Below are positions 28,214 through 36,687 of a stretch of DNA of 45,900 nucleotides, one piece after another. The DNA is from a virus. The notes beneath the pieces are model-generated. The model searched no databases, had not been told where the DNA came from, and saw only the letters and a program-made list of their open reading frames with translations. Both the position numbers and the translations under genes were made by a program. The stretch is from UHGV virus genome UHGV-1347344; one strand, given 5' to 3'. The number at the start of each line of letters is the position of its first letter. The stretch's first letter is position 1.

Positions 28214-28598
28214 TCTCTTTAAAAGCCTCCCGCGTCAGCTTAAGCAATTCATCGGAGGAAAGATGGGAAAGATCAAGTGCTGGTGCAGGCGACATCGTTC
28301 TATCAGAACTGGAAAGATCAATTTTTTGAATCTCTCGCCATCCCATACGAGTCTTTGCCCAGAAAATAAGAGCGGTTGTGTCACCCGACATAGCTTTGTC
28401 GAAGAGCCGCTTTCCAACTTTCACATTAGCGTTGGTTCTTCCTGTGATAAGCTCCTGCTTATAGAGCTTCACCATCGTATCAACAGACATACCAATCTTT
28501 GCTGCGATTTCATCTTGCGGTACTCCGTATTGAGCCATTGCCTCAACAAGCGCCGCCTTTGTTCCAGATCTTTTTATCGCAGGTCTACCACCGCTCAT
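28194..28598 (-). CDS. terminase small subunit (HTH)
   Basis: 134 aa overlapping terL by 20 nt. HTH-like AAKIGMSVDTMVKLYKQ. Confidence 0.6.
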   Translation of the reverse strand: MSGGRPAIKRSGTKAALVEAMAQYGVPQDEIAAKIGMSVDTMVKLYKQELITGRTNANVKVGKRLFDKAMSGDTTALIFWAKTRMGWREIQKIDLSSSDRTMSPAPALDLSHLSSDELLKLTREAFKENERNDG

Positions 28599-29542
28599 AG
28601 AACGCCTCCGAGCAGGTTGATGTAGTACGGAATCGTTAGTTCAAGCCCCTCATCCAAGCTCGTTGTCGGCTTGAATCCCAAAAGAGCGGACGCTTTTCCA
28701 ATATCAGGAACGCGCCGCGTGGGGTCGTCGTCAGGAATGGGCCGGAATACGATTTTTGATGACGACCTGACTTTTTCGATTATAGTCTTGGCAAGCTCCA
28801 AGATCGTGATTTCTTCGGGGTTTCCAATATTTACCGGACCCGTGATATGACTATCCGACTCCATCAGCCGGACAATCCCTGATATCGTATCGCGCACAAA
28901 ACAAAACGAGCGTGTCTGAGAACCATCCCCGTATACGGTTATATCCTCACCCCGCAAGGCTTGGCAGATGAAGTTAGGAATAACCCGACCATCGTTTATC
29001 GACATCATGGGGCCGTAGGTGTTGAACAGACGCACAACCTTAACCTTGATCCCCTCTTCCCGGTAAAAGTCGAAGAAGAGACTTTCTGCGCAGCGTTTCC
29101 CCTCATCGTAGCAGGCTCGGATGCCGATGGGGTTGACGTTGCCTCTATCAGTCTCTCGCTGAGGCGAAACTAGTGGCTCGCCATATACTTCTGATGTGGA
29201 TGCCTGCAAAACCGTCGCACCATGTACCTTGGCAAGCTCCAGTATATTCAATGCCCCAAGTACGCAGGTCTTTGTAGTCTGAATTGCATTTTTGCCCTGA
29301 TAGTTTAAAGGGCTTGCTGGACATGCGAGATTGTAAATTTCGTCTATATGCTCAGAAGCCTCAAAAGGAGAACAAATATCATGAAGAAAGAACTGAAAGT
29401 TTTTGAGCCGATTGGGGATATTATTAATATTTCCGGTTGAAAGATCGTCTATGCAGATAACCTTGTGTCCTTTTTTAAGCAATTCCCTGCAAAGATGTGC
29501 TCCTAAAAATCCGGCACCACCTGTTACGAGACTTGTTTTCAT
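28595..29542 (-). CDS. uxs: UDP-glucuronate decarboxylase (UDP-xylose synthase family SDR)
   Basis: MKTSLVTGGAGFLGAHLC…NYQGKNAIQTTKTCVLGALNILELAKVHGATVLQASTSEVYG…NPIGIRACYDEGKRCAESLFFDF…VRLFNTYGP closely parallels UXS/ArnA-C (GxxGxxG, YxxxK). Low GC. Confidence 0.85.
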   Translation of the reverse strand: MKTSLVTGGAGFLGAHLCRELLKKGHKVICIDDLSTGNINNIPNRLKNFQFFLHDICSPFEASEHIDEIYNLACPASPLNYQGKNAIQTTKTCVLGALNILELAKVHGATVLQASTSEVYGEPLVSPQRETDRGNVNPIGIRACYDEGKRCAESLFFDFYREEGIKVKVVRLFNTYGPMMSINDGRVIPNFICQALRGEDITVYGDGSQTRSFCFVRDTISGIVRLMESDSHITGPVNIGNPEEITILELAKTIIEKVRSSSKIVFRPIPDDDPTRRVPDIGKASALLGFKPTTSLDEGLELTIPYYINLLGGVL

Positions 29543-30408
29543 GAATCCGCCTTTTGGTATCGAGGGGAAAGGATTTTGGGCGTGCAGTGATTCCAAGAGA
29601 TTTTATGGTGGTATCGCATATACGTATCTTTGAGCGTCGATATTTTCACAGCAGATGGGCACATCATGACAGTATAAAAACTTTTCATATATGTACCATT
29701 TTCAAGATACATATCGGTCAGCCCACCAGCTTGAGATTGTGTCTCAGCTTGATTGATGCACGTATTCCCGAACGAGAAAAACAGCTTGCCCCGATGCCCC
29801 AGAGTGACATACGTGTTAACGTCATCATTCATACGTCCAACGAACTTGAAAGGGCGTAATGTCTTGCAAAAAAACGCGTTCATGGCTTTTCGTTTCACAG
29901 CCAATTTGGGGGAATCAATAGCCCCACCAATGAAATCGCCATTCTGCATAAAGCAGACGCTTAAAGATGGAGTTCTTTCTAAAAAATCTAGATAGGCATC
30001 GAAGACATCATCGAGGCATTGTGGGTATACATATTTCAAGACGCCATCTTTTGCATATCTGTGCTGGAACGAGTCATAATCATCGTCAAGTTCTAAGAAA
30101 AAATCGAGTCCCAAGCCCTCGGCTATTTTGTGACACATATTTCTAGCAAAAAGGACCGTATTTTTCTTCTGGATATTATCACCACGATCAGTAAATCGTG
30201 CTGCATCTTCCTTACAAAAGCGGATCACTTCTTTACCATACCGACGAATATATTCATCACCTGTCGTATCTTCATCATCAATAATGAGGTAAATGGGGCC
30301 TGTATATCCATGCTTTCGGAGTGAACGATATGTTTGCTGATTCTGAGGGCGTCCATACGTAAGTATAAAGCAAGCAAATTTTTCATGCCTCATCGTTCTT
30401 ATCCTCAC
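29539..30408 (-). CDS. putative glycosyltransferase (DxD-type)
   Basis: 289 aa with FILTYGRP and LELDDDYD motifs. 4-bp overlap with the uxs-like gene; AT-rich. Confidence 0.45.
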   Translation of the reverse strand: MRIRTMRHEKFACFILTYGRPQNQQTYRSLRKHGYTGPIYLIIDDEDTTGDEYIRRYGKEVIRFCKEDAARFTDRGDNIQKKNTVLFARNMCHKIAEGLGLDFFLELDDDYDSFQHRYAKDGVLKYVYPQCLDDVFDAYLDFLERTPSLSVCFMQNGDFIGGAIDSPKLAVKRKAMNAFFCKTLRPFKFVGRMNDDVNTYVTLGHRGKLFFSFGNTCINQAETQSQAGGLTDMYLENGTYMKSFYTVMMCPSAVKISTLKDTYMRYHHKISWNHCTPKILSPRYQKADS

Positions 30409-30685
30409 GGATTAAGGCATCTCGAAGTTCATCTATCTGGGAAGAGAGCTCAACAAACCCGTTTTCAATCGCATTATCAATGTCGATGATAACAAGGGCT
30501 GACTGCTCCATAAGTCGCTGCATTTCAGGGGATGCGTTTGCGTAGTACTCTGCGATGTTCTCGTAGTTGAAAACCGTATGCCGATGAGCAGCCGCGAGAA
30601 GAAAGGCTTTTTCTTTCGGAGAAACGGTTGAGTCATGAATGGCCTTTGGCGAGTTCATTATCCTTTGTCTGGTCGTACAGTTCAT
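30383..30685 (-). CDS. hypothetical protein
   Basis: 100 aa, first gene of the low-GC sugar moron; start uncertain. Confidence 0.35.
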   Translation of the reverse strand: MNCTTRQRIMNSPKAIHDSTVSPKEKAFLLAAAHRHTVFNYENIAEYYANASPEMQRLMEQSALVIIDIDNAIENGFVELSSQIDELRDALIREDKNDEA

Positions 30686-31154
30686 CTACGCAAACAGATC
30701 TACCCGTAGGCTCATATATGGGGGTTGTGGCTTTCGCTGTGTACTTATCTTCTACGGGAACATCTTCTTGGGGCTCGAAAAGCTCAGCCTCAAAACCGAT
30801 AAGATCAGTATCAAAATCGGCTAGTTTGAGCTCTTCAAGCTCAAGGGCCAAAAGTTCGTTGTCCCATTCAGCCCAGTTTGCGGACTGATTGGCAAGCAGT
30901 CGAAAAGCCTTGACTTGAACATCACTCAACTCGTCGGCAAGAGCCACAGGGACATCTTTCAAGCCGAGTTTCTGAGCTGCTTTCAGGCGCAGATGTCCAT
31001 CAACGACGGTGCCATCGGACTTAGCGACAATGGGGATACGGAATCCGAACTCCCGGATGGCCGCACACATACGATCAACCTGCGCATCATTTTTGCGCGG
31101 GTTCCTTGCGTAAGGTATCAATCGCTCAATAGGCCATTGCTCGACATTCAGCAT
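30633..31154 (-). CDS. ParB-like nuclease domain protein
   Basis: 173 aa, IERLIPYARNPRKND…VVDGHLRLKAAQKLG (ParB N-terminal / sulfiredoxin-like fold). Confidence 0.65.
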   Translation of the reverse strand: MLNVEQWPIERLIPYARNPRKNDAQVDRMCAAIREFGFRIPIVAKSDGTVVDGHLRLKAAQKLGLKDVPVALADELSDVQVKAFRLLANQSANWAEWDNELLALELEELKLADFDTDLIGFEAELFEPQEDVPVEDKYTAKATTPIYEPTGRSVCVDELYDQTKDNELAKGHS

Positions 31155-31173
31155 TTTTATAGTTCCGAAAAAG

Positions 31174-31449
31174 TTACAGCGTAAAGAACTTCATAATGAG
31201 CGCGCCGAGGCTGCCGGCCGCAGCAGCCACGCCAGCAAGGACGGACAGCCCCCCGGCGCGCTTATTCTCGGCAGCTTCAAGCGCGGCGATACGGACATCC
31301 AGTGCTGCGAGGCGCTTGCCGTGATCCTTGAGCTGCGTAATCACGATGTCGTCGAGGCGCTGGTTGGTGCCCGCGACTTCGGCCTTGAGCCCGGAAAGCT
31401 CGGCCTTCACTTCCCCGATCTCGCGGACAAGCTGCACGTCGTCGTTCAT
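31174..31449 (-). CDS. XhlA-like lysis-associated coiled-coil membrane protein
   Basis: 91 aa: coiled coil plus C-terminal TM (GLSVLAGVAAAAGSLGALIMKFF), inside the lysis cassette. Confidence 0.45.
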   Translation of the reverse strand: MNDDVQLVREIGEVKAELSGLKAEVAGTNQRLDDIVITQLKDHGKRLAALDVRIAALEAAENKRAGGLSVLAGVAAAAGSLGALIMKFFTL

Positions 31450-31769
31450 CTCCCAGCCTCAACGCTCTTGATCCACAGGAGCAGGTTCCCGGCCTCTCCT
31501 GCGGGCAGGTGCACCCACTCGCCGGGCTCGGTGAACGTCTCGCCCCGGTAGGTGTAGGACCACTCACCCGTCACGACGGCCCCCGGCGTCAGAGGAGCCG
31601 GGCTTGTCACGGTGGTCGGCGCCGCCACTGTGCTGCACCCACTCGCCGCCAGCGTCATCACGAACAGCAGCGCGATCAGCCTCGCGGCGTTCGCCGTACC
31701 GTTGACGCAGCCACAGCTTGAGGAGCCCGGCGAGCGATGAAAGGAACTCAAGGACGGCCCGCACATCAC
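31446..31769 (-). CDS. lipoprotein (possible o-spanin-like lysis component)
   Basis: Lipobox LAASGC; true start probably internal or non-ATG. Confidence 0.4.
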   Translation of the reverse strand: MMCGPSLSSFHRSPGSSSCGCVNGTANAARLIALLFVMTLAASGCSTVAAPTTVTSPAPLTPGAVVTGEWSYTYRGETFTEPGEWVHLPAGEAGNLLLWIKSVEAGR

Positions 31770-32056
31770 TTCCCCGTCACGGCCTTGACTTCGGCCTTCA
31801 CGGTTTCGGACTTGCCGTCAGCCACGGCACCCCTATTCTGCCCAAAGTGTGCGGCAAGGGCGTGCGTCCAGCGGTAGAAGACGGCATAAAGCCCGGTCAG
31901 TTCCTTCGGCACGGGCATCCATACGGTGGCCACGGCGCACAGGCCGCACACGGTCATGACCACGCTCAGGGCGGTGACGAGCCACGCCGCATCGGGGTAC
32001 TGCGCGGAAAGGCCCATCAAGGTCGAAAGGATGAAATCAATCACGGTCGCTTCCAT
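31766..32056 (-). CDS. holin-like 2-TM membrane protein, start refined
   Basis: ATG at 32056 overlaps the endolysin stop (TGATG). Product MEATVIDFILSTLMGLSAQYPDAAWLVTALSVVMTVCGLCAVATVW…. Confidence 0.5.
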   Translation of the reverse strand: MEATVIDFILSTLMGLSAQYPDAAWLVTALSVVMTVCGLCAVATVWMPVPKELTGLYAVFYRWTHALAAHFGQNRGAVADGKSETVKAEVKAVTGK

Positions 32057-32442
32057 CAGTACTTGCCTCCATGCTGGTAAAAGGCCACGTCGCGCGGCTT
32101 GTCGGGGTCGTTGTCCACATGGATCCACGTTGGGGCCAGCTCGATGCGCCGGAATCCGACTTCAAGCAGGGCTTGCAGCATGACGAAACGGGAATGGGAA
32201 TCCACGCAGCGGATATCCACGGCATAGCCGCGAGTGTGCGCGGAGGTGGGCACGCCGCCGACCGCCTTGTTGTGCTTCGGGCAGCGGTAGGCGGAAGAAA
32301 GGGGGAACGGGATACCCGCCAGATCACGGGCCTCATCGAGCATCTGGAGCAGATCGGCGTCCATCTTCTCCATGCCCGCGCCGCACCCGCACTTGCAGCG
32401 GAATTCGACCGGGGAGAAGTGGCGCAAGGGAAGAACAGCCAT
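32056..32442 (-). CDS. endolysin, peptidase M15 (L-Ala-D-Glu / D-Ala-D-Ala carboxypeptidase-like)
   Basis: ATG at 32442 preceded by AGGAGG. FSPVEFRCKCGCG… and SAHTRGYAVDI metal-site motifs. Confidence 0.7.
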   Translation of the reverse strand: MAVLPLRHFSPVEFRCKCGCGAGMEKMDADLLQMLDEARDLAGIPFPLSSAYRCPKHNKAVGGVPTSAHTRGYAVDIRCVDSHSRFVMLQALLEVGFRRIELAPTWIHVDNDPDKPRDVAFYQHGGKY

Positions 32443-32489
32443 AAAAAATCCTCCTGCGTCCATTCTCGCACAAGAGAATAGGGGGAGGA

Positions 32490-32507
32490 CACCGTGAACA
32501 AGATTCT
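32490..32507 (-). promoter_or_regulatory. late-promoter element copy 4, upstream of lysis/packaging operon
   Basis: AGAATCTTGTTCACGGTG; GAGAAT 22 nt downstream; then AGGAGG and the ATG at 32442. Abuts the stop of the Mor-like gene. Confidence 0.55.
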
Positions 32508-32898
32508 ACAACAGCCGATATTGCTGCTGTGGTTCCGGGTTCCCGCAAAGCTGCTTTTTGAGCCGACGGACGTACCTAGTGGTCACGCCAAGGGCTTCGG
32601 CGATGGCGTCCGGCTTCTCCCCTGCTTCCAGACGGGACAGGATACGTCCTTTGAACGGTTCACCACGGCGCAGGTTGGGCACGACGATCTGCATCCCCCC
32701 AAATTCTGTACAGAGGGCCGCCATACGCTGCCGACCAAGCAACTCCAGAAGAAAACCTGTGGGCTTCCGGGGGATAAAGTATGAACGTCCACCGCACTGT
32801 GCGCAGAGGATGACCGCCCCCACGTCACCGATGGCCTCTGACAGTTCGAACTGACTCACCCACACGTCACTCATGAGCACCAACCTTGTGTTCCCCAA
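32506..32898 (-). CDS. Mor/C-family late transcription activator
   Basis: 130 aa with GGRSYFIPR and a C-terminal HTH (AIAEALGVTTRYVRRL). The gene ends at the first late-promoter element. Confidence 0.6.
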   Translation of the reverse strand: MGNTRLVLMSDVWVSQFELSEAIGDVGAVILCAQCGGRSYFIPRKPTGFLLELLGRQRMAALCTEFGGMQIVVPNLRRGEPFKGRILSRLEAGEKPDAIAEALGVTTRYVRRLKKQLCGNPEPQQQYRLL

Positions 32899-33127
32899 GC
32901 CATAGCCGCAGTGCGGTCACAGCTACATCGAGGGCTTCGTCGCGGATACGCTCCGGAGTTTCGTGCTCAACGGCGTATACAAGCTCACGGTACTCCTCCC
33001 CGATAACGCCGAGCGCATGGTATTTGCCCTCCGCGAAAACAGGGTGCTTCCCGCGTGCTTCCGACAGCCGCTGCATGAGTGCCGCAAGAGCCTGTTCACC
33101 AAGTATCGTGATGTCGATGTTATGCAC
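32867..33127 (-). CDS. hypothetical protein (GTG start)
   Basis: GTG at 33127 preceded by AAGGAGG, in frame with the 100-aa track ORF. Confidence 0.35.
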   Translation of the reverse strand: MHNIDITILGEQALAALMQRLSEARGKHPVFAEGKYHALGVIGEEYRELVYAVEHETPERIRDEALDVAVTALRLWLGEHKVGAHE

Positions 33128-33302
33128 TGGTAGCCTCCTTGTGGGCGTCAAGCTCGTCGGTATAGGCACAGACGCCGTACCCGTGATGAGTTGCCCTGTC
33201 GCAGTCGTGGACGGGGTAGGCGTAGCGGATCATGAGGAGGCGGCTAACTCCGGTGTAGGCTGTGATGGACTTCCAGCCGAGCAGCAATTTCCGTTCATTC
33301 AT
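33120..33302 (-). CDS. small HTH DNA-binding protein (AlpA/excisionase-like)
   Basis: ATG at 33302 overlaps the RusA stop. Product MNERKLLLGWKSITAYTGVSRLLMIRYAY…. Confidence 0.45.
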   Translation of the reverse strand: MNERKLLLGWKSITAYTGVSRLLMIRYAYPVHDCDRATHHGYGVCAYTDELDAHKEATSA

Positions 33303-33730
33303 TGCGCTTCCTCCTGTGTGTACACGGCTACCTCCCAATGCGGGACTGCTGCGTAGCATTTCGAGCAACGCAGGGACACCACCTGCCTGTCGTCGCCCCA
33401 GAACCCGGTGCGCGACATGGCGTCCTTGAGCTGCTTTGCCATGTTGTCGAGATCCGGTTTCTTCGTGTGGGCGATTTCGCCGCGCAACATGGCCTCTCGT
33501 TGTTTTTTCGTGGTCGATACAGGTATCGGCATCCCCGCGATAAATTCGAGCACGAGAGGGCCTTCCAGCGGCTTTTTCGGGGCGCGTGCCAAAAGCAGAT
33601 CGTCAAGCACGGCTTCCGCGCTCTTCTGCCCGGCAGACTTGTAAACCACGCTGTGCCCACAACGGACGGTGTGCCGGACTCGGGCCTGTGCCGTGGGCGT
33701 GCAGTTCAGGACAAAGCGGTAGGCTGTCAC
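33299..33730 (-). CDS. rusA: RusA-family Holliday junction resolvase (GTG start proposed)
   Basis: …KKPDLDNMAKQLKDAMS…GFWGDDRQVVSL is the RusA signature. GTG at 33730 overlaps the upstream stop (GTGA) and gives 143 aa. Longer ATG starts (33847, 33865) would overlap the upstream gene by more than 100 nt. Confidence 0.65.
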   Translation of the reverse strand: MTAYRFVLNCTPTAQARVRHTVRCGHSVVYKSAGQKSAEAVLDDLLLARAPKKPLEGPLVLEFIAGMPIPVSTTKKQREAMLRGEIAHTKKPDLDNMAKQLKDAMSRTGFWGDDRQVVSLRCSKCYAAVPHWEVAVYTQEEAQ

Positions 33731-34152
33731 TGCTCCATCCCCAACGCCCGGAGATGGGCAAGCTGTTTGTTCAAGGGCATATCCGGCATACCGTGCCTTC
33801 TGACGTCCATCTTCTCCCGCAGGTTTGAGAGAATCTTCGCGCACCATTCTGCGCCTTCTTCGCAACGCTCATCGAACGTCAAAGCATTTTCCGGCAAGGC
33901 TTCGCGGTTCACGGCTGGCGTCAGTTTCCGGGCCTCTTCCACCTGCCGCATCACGTCGGCAGGAACGGGGAAGAACCGCAGGACGGCCTGCGTCCGACGC
34001 ATCCCCTCGCGGAACTCCGCATCGCTCACGTCAGCCAACACGTCGCCCCAAGTCCTGACCAGCAACTCGAATTCCGCCTGCGCGGGCCTCGGCTGCCGAT
34101 AGAGCACAAACGCCTTGCTGAGTTCCAGAGCCAAAAGCTGCAAACTCGCCAT
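33727..34152 (-). CDS. hypothetical replication-module protein; start uncertain
   Basis: The 141-aa track ORF overlaps the O-like gene by 122 nt. GTG at 34029 or ATG at 34002 would be non-overlapping alternatives. Confidence 0.4.
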   Translation of the reverse strand: MASLQLLALELSKAFVLYRQPRPAQAEFELLVRTWGDVLADVSDAEFREGMRRTQAVLRFFPVPADVMRQVEEARKLTPAVNREALPENALTFDERCEEGAEWCAKILSNLREKMDVRRHGMPDMPLNKQLAHLRALGMEQ

Positions 34153-35002
34153 TTCTGTATACCTCGTCGAGTTTCAAAACCTGTTCCGCAAAATCGCCGC
34201 GTTCCGCCGCTTCCACCTGCCTCGCCGTCATAGGGGCGGCTCGCTGCTGGATAGGGCTCGACCTGCTGGCGTTGTTCTGCGCCCGGTCAAGCCATGAGTT
34301 CAGGAACCGCCGTACCCCAGTTTTTGTTTTCCGCTTCCGGGGATTGCTCAGGCACCACGCCCTGACCTGTGCAAGCTCACCAGCCACGTCTACCCCCGGA
34401 TAAGCTGCAGCGTACTCGCTGGCCAAAGATGCGGGGACCGGAAACTCGGAACCGTCAGCAAGCGGGATCATGGCTACAGACTGTTCCTGCTCACCTTCCG
34501 GTTCCGGCGCCGAGGATGCGCCAGCATCGCTCTGCGCAAGATCTGTCTTTCTCTCTTCTTTCTTACTTTCTTTCTTTATATCTTTCTTGTTTGTGGCCCT
34601 CTGCTGGCCCTCTGCTGGCCCTCTGCTGGCCTCTTGCTGGACCTCCTGCTGGCCTTTCTGTTGGCCTTCCGCTGGCCTTTCATCTTGGTATCTATGCCAA
34701 TTTAAAAAAGAAACTACTGTACATCTGTTGGTCGATCTGCTGGACACAATTTCGAGTTTTTTGAGCAGTTCAAAAGCTGTTCTTACCTGCTTTTCACTCA
34801 ACCCCAGATCAGAGGCTGCCTTAGCTCGTCCAAAGATGACTTCCCCCGGCTCAAGATCAAAGACCATGCCCGCAACGATTTGACGATGGTGACGGTATGT
34901 AGTCTTGAGCAACAGGTAGCCAAAGAGCTGCCACGCGGGGCCGTTTTGGAGCAGCCCGCTATCTAGGCATTTCCGCCAGAGCTTGACATATCCTTGTTCC
35001 AT
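34031..35002 (-). CDS. replication initiator (lambda O / DnaD-like winged-helix N-terminal domain) containing the origin iterons
   Basis: N-terminus YVKLWRKCLDSGLLQNGPAWQLFGYLLLKT…. The central low-complexity part is encoded by tandem 11-12 bp repeats. RBS GGAGACAA. Confidence 0.55.
   Translation of the reverse strand: MEQGYVKLWRKCLDSGLLQNGPAWQLFGYLLLKTTYRHHRQIVAGMVFDLEPGEVIFGRAKAASDLGLSEKQVRTAFELLKKLEIVSSRSTNRCTVVSFLNWHRYQDERPAEGQQKGQQEVQQEASRGPAEGQQRATNKKDIKKESKKEERKTDLAQSDAGASSAPEPEGEQEQSVAMIPLADGSEFPVPASLASEYAAAYPGVDVAGELAQVRAWCLSNPRKRKTKTGVRRFLNSWLDRAQNNASRSSPIQQRAAPMTARQVEAAERGDFAEQVLKLDEVYRNGEFAAFGSGTQQGVCALSAAEARAGGIRVAGQDLGRRVG
34595..34681. repeat. iteron array: about 7-8 tandem copies of GGCCCTCTGCT-like 11-12-mer, flanked by AT-rich stretches; candidate ori
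   Basis: Three perfect ggccctctgct copies then ggcctcttgct, ggacctcctgct, ggcctttctgtt, ggccttccgct. AT-rich 34550..34593 and 34690..34775. Confidence 0.6.
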
Positions 35003-35263
35003 AGGTATATTGTCTCCATTGTTTGGTGTTTTTGTTTGGCCTCCTGTTCCAGCAGGGGGCCTTTTCTTTTGCCTATGCCTTAGAACCTTTAAGTTCTACT
35101 TCAAACATATCCGGCCTCTTCTCGCAGTACAGGCGGCAGAAGTTCACGTCTTTGACGAACCCGTTTCGGGACGTCCACGCCGGGACTCCGTACTCTTTCG
35201 ACCAGTCCGCAAAACACAGGACGCGCCGCCCATCACGGTGAAGCCGACCCAAGCGGCACGGGC

Positions 35264-35662
35264 CTACACCCATGCCTGCCCCATAACCTGGTATTCCGGG
35301 ATACCACCCGTTTCAGATTCGCTGCGGAGCTTTTCCCAACAAGCTGAACACCTGTAATTGTTTGTGGGCTTCCCGCAGTCATGGCACTTACGCTTGAAAA
35401 GTGTTGACTGATTGCTCTGTGGATGAGCTTCAAGCCATTCTTCGCGGCTCACCCCGGCTCTGAAAGCATACCCACAAACTTTGTCGCAAAAAGCTGCATT
35501 CCCTTTCGCTGGAAATTCTTTTCCGCAGCACTTGCACTTTTGAGGCCCTCGCGTCTGTGCGGCCTTATCCTTGCACTCTTTTGAGCAGTACTTTGCGGTT
35601 TCGGCAAAGTACCGTTTCACTTCAAACATCCGACCGCACTGTTGGCAAATCAGGATCGGCAT
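35264..35662 (-). CDS. Cys-rich zinc-ribbon protein
   Basis: 132 aa with repeated CxxC pairs (CQQC, CSKEC, CKCC, CDKVC, CHDC, CSAC). Confidence 0.4.
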   Translation of the reverse strand: MPILICQQCGRMFEVKRYFAETAKYCSKECKDKAAQTRGPQKCKCCGKEFPAKGNAAFCDKVCGYAFRAGVSREEWLEAHPQSNQSTLFKRKCHDCGKPTNNYRCSACWEKLRSESETGGIPEYQVMGQAWV

Positions 35663-35811
35663 TTTACTGCCTCGCTTGGTTGTAATCTCGCCTATACCGA
35701 GTGTTCGTCTGGTCTATCTCGTCCTTCCGTTCTTCCGCAGCCTTGGAGACGATGGACGGATGCGCTTTTTCCCGCATAAGCATATTCATCTTTCCGCCAC
35801 ACACGGCGTCA

Positions 35812-36045
35812 TCAGGCTAGTCCATGATTCACCTCTTCGGGTTCGCTGGGAGTATTGGGAGCGGCTATCCGAGACATAGCATCCCGCAGCGCATCAGCTT
35901 TTGCAGAAACCATATCTTTCCTTTCACGAGATAACACGCGAGTTACGGTTACCGGGGTAACACCTGCTTCAAGAGCCAAACGACGAGCAGAAATTTTGTG
36001 CTCCATCAAAAAAAATCGGAGTTCTGAAACGATTCGTGCTTCCAT
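35812..36045 (-). CDS. Cro/C-like XRE-family HTH regulator; first gene of the leftward early/replication operon
   Basis: 77 aa, LMEHKISARRLALEAGVTPVTVTRVLS (HTH). Confidence 0.55.
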   Translation of the reverse strand: MEARIVSELRFFLMEHKISARRLALEAGVTPVTVTRVLSRERKDMVSAKADALRDAMSRIAAPNTPSEPEEVNHGLA

Positions 36046-36064
36046 GCGACAGATCGTACCTTAT

Positions 36065-36085
36065 GGTATTGGTAAAGTAAATACC
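36065..36085. promoter_or_regulatory. candidate operator: inverted repeat GGTATT-N9-AATACC in the divergent control region
   Basis: Seen directly in the sequence between the Cro-like gene and the rightward TTTACT-N16-TATTAT promoter-like element (36104..36131). Confidence 0.35.
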
Positions 36086-36613
36086 GATTTGTAAACTTTT
36101 TGCTTTACTTTGTGTTTCCATTTGGTATTATGACTTCACAACGAACGGGGAATGCGAACACGCCAGGCACCTAGCCGGAAAGTAGCCAGAATGCCCCGTG
36201 AAAAGGAAGCCGGTTTGGGCGGCATGAAGGCCGTAGCGGATACGGTGGGCGGAGCAAGAGGCCGCCCGGAAAGCTCGAAAGAGGCCCGTGAGACTGGTGA
36301 TGTGAAGACAGGCCGCGTAGGGACGGCGGGACGGAAAAACGGCTGAAAAGAAGGCCGAAGCGCAAAGCGCACCGAAGCGACGGGGGCCGAGCCGACCAAC
36401 AGGGCCCACGGTTACGACACAAAGATCGGGCCGTGAAACGATGAAATACGAATTTCTACATCCGGGCGGTCAGTTGACTTTCTGACAATTCACCGCCCCG
36501 CATGAGAGGCGCAGCGACAATGCGCGTTGCGCCGAACCATGCGTTGAGATGTGCCGCATGGGAGCGCGCCCCGGCGGGGATTGGCCCCGTCGGGTGCTTG
36601 CCTTGAATCATCG

Positions 36614-36640
36614 AAGCCCGGAACTACGCCGGGCTTTTTC
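36614..36640 (+). terminator. rho-independent terminator/attenuator 48 nt upstream of the first rightward early gene
   Basis: 8-bp stem aagcccgg/ccgggctt with a 7-nt loop, then TTTTT. Confidence 0.55.
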
Positions 36641-36687
36641 ATTGGTTCTGGGACCCCGGAACGAACTTTAACCAAGAGGATACAGCC

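Noticed and set aside
36128-36422. Three overlapping minus-strand ORFs and one plus-strand ORF (64-93 aa) in the immunity region
   Set aside because: Mutually overlapping in all frames, with extreme Arg/Pro/Ala bias and no RBS. More likely a non-coding GC-rich element; treated as candidate RNA/regulatory DNA instead.
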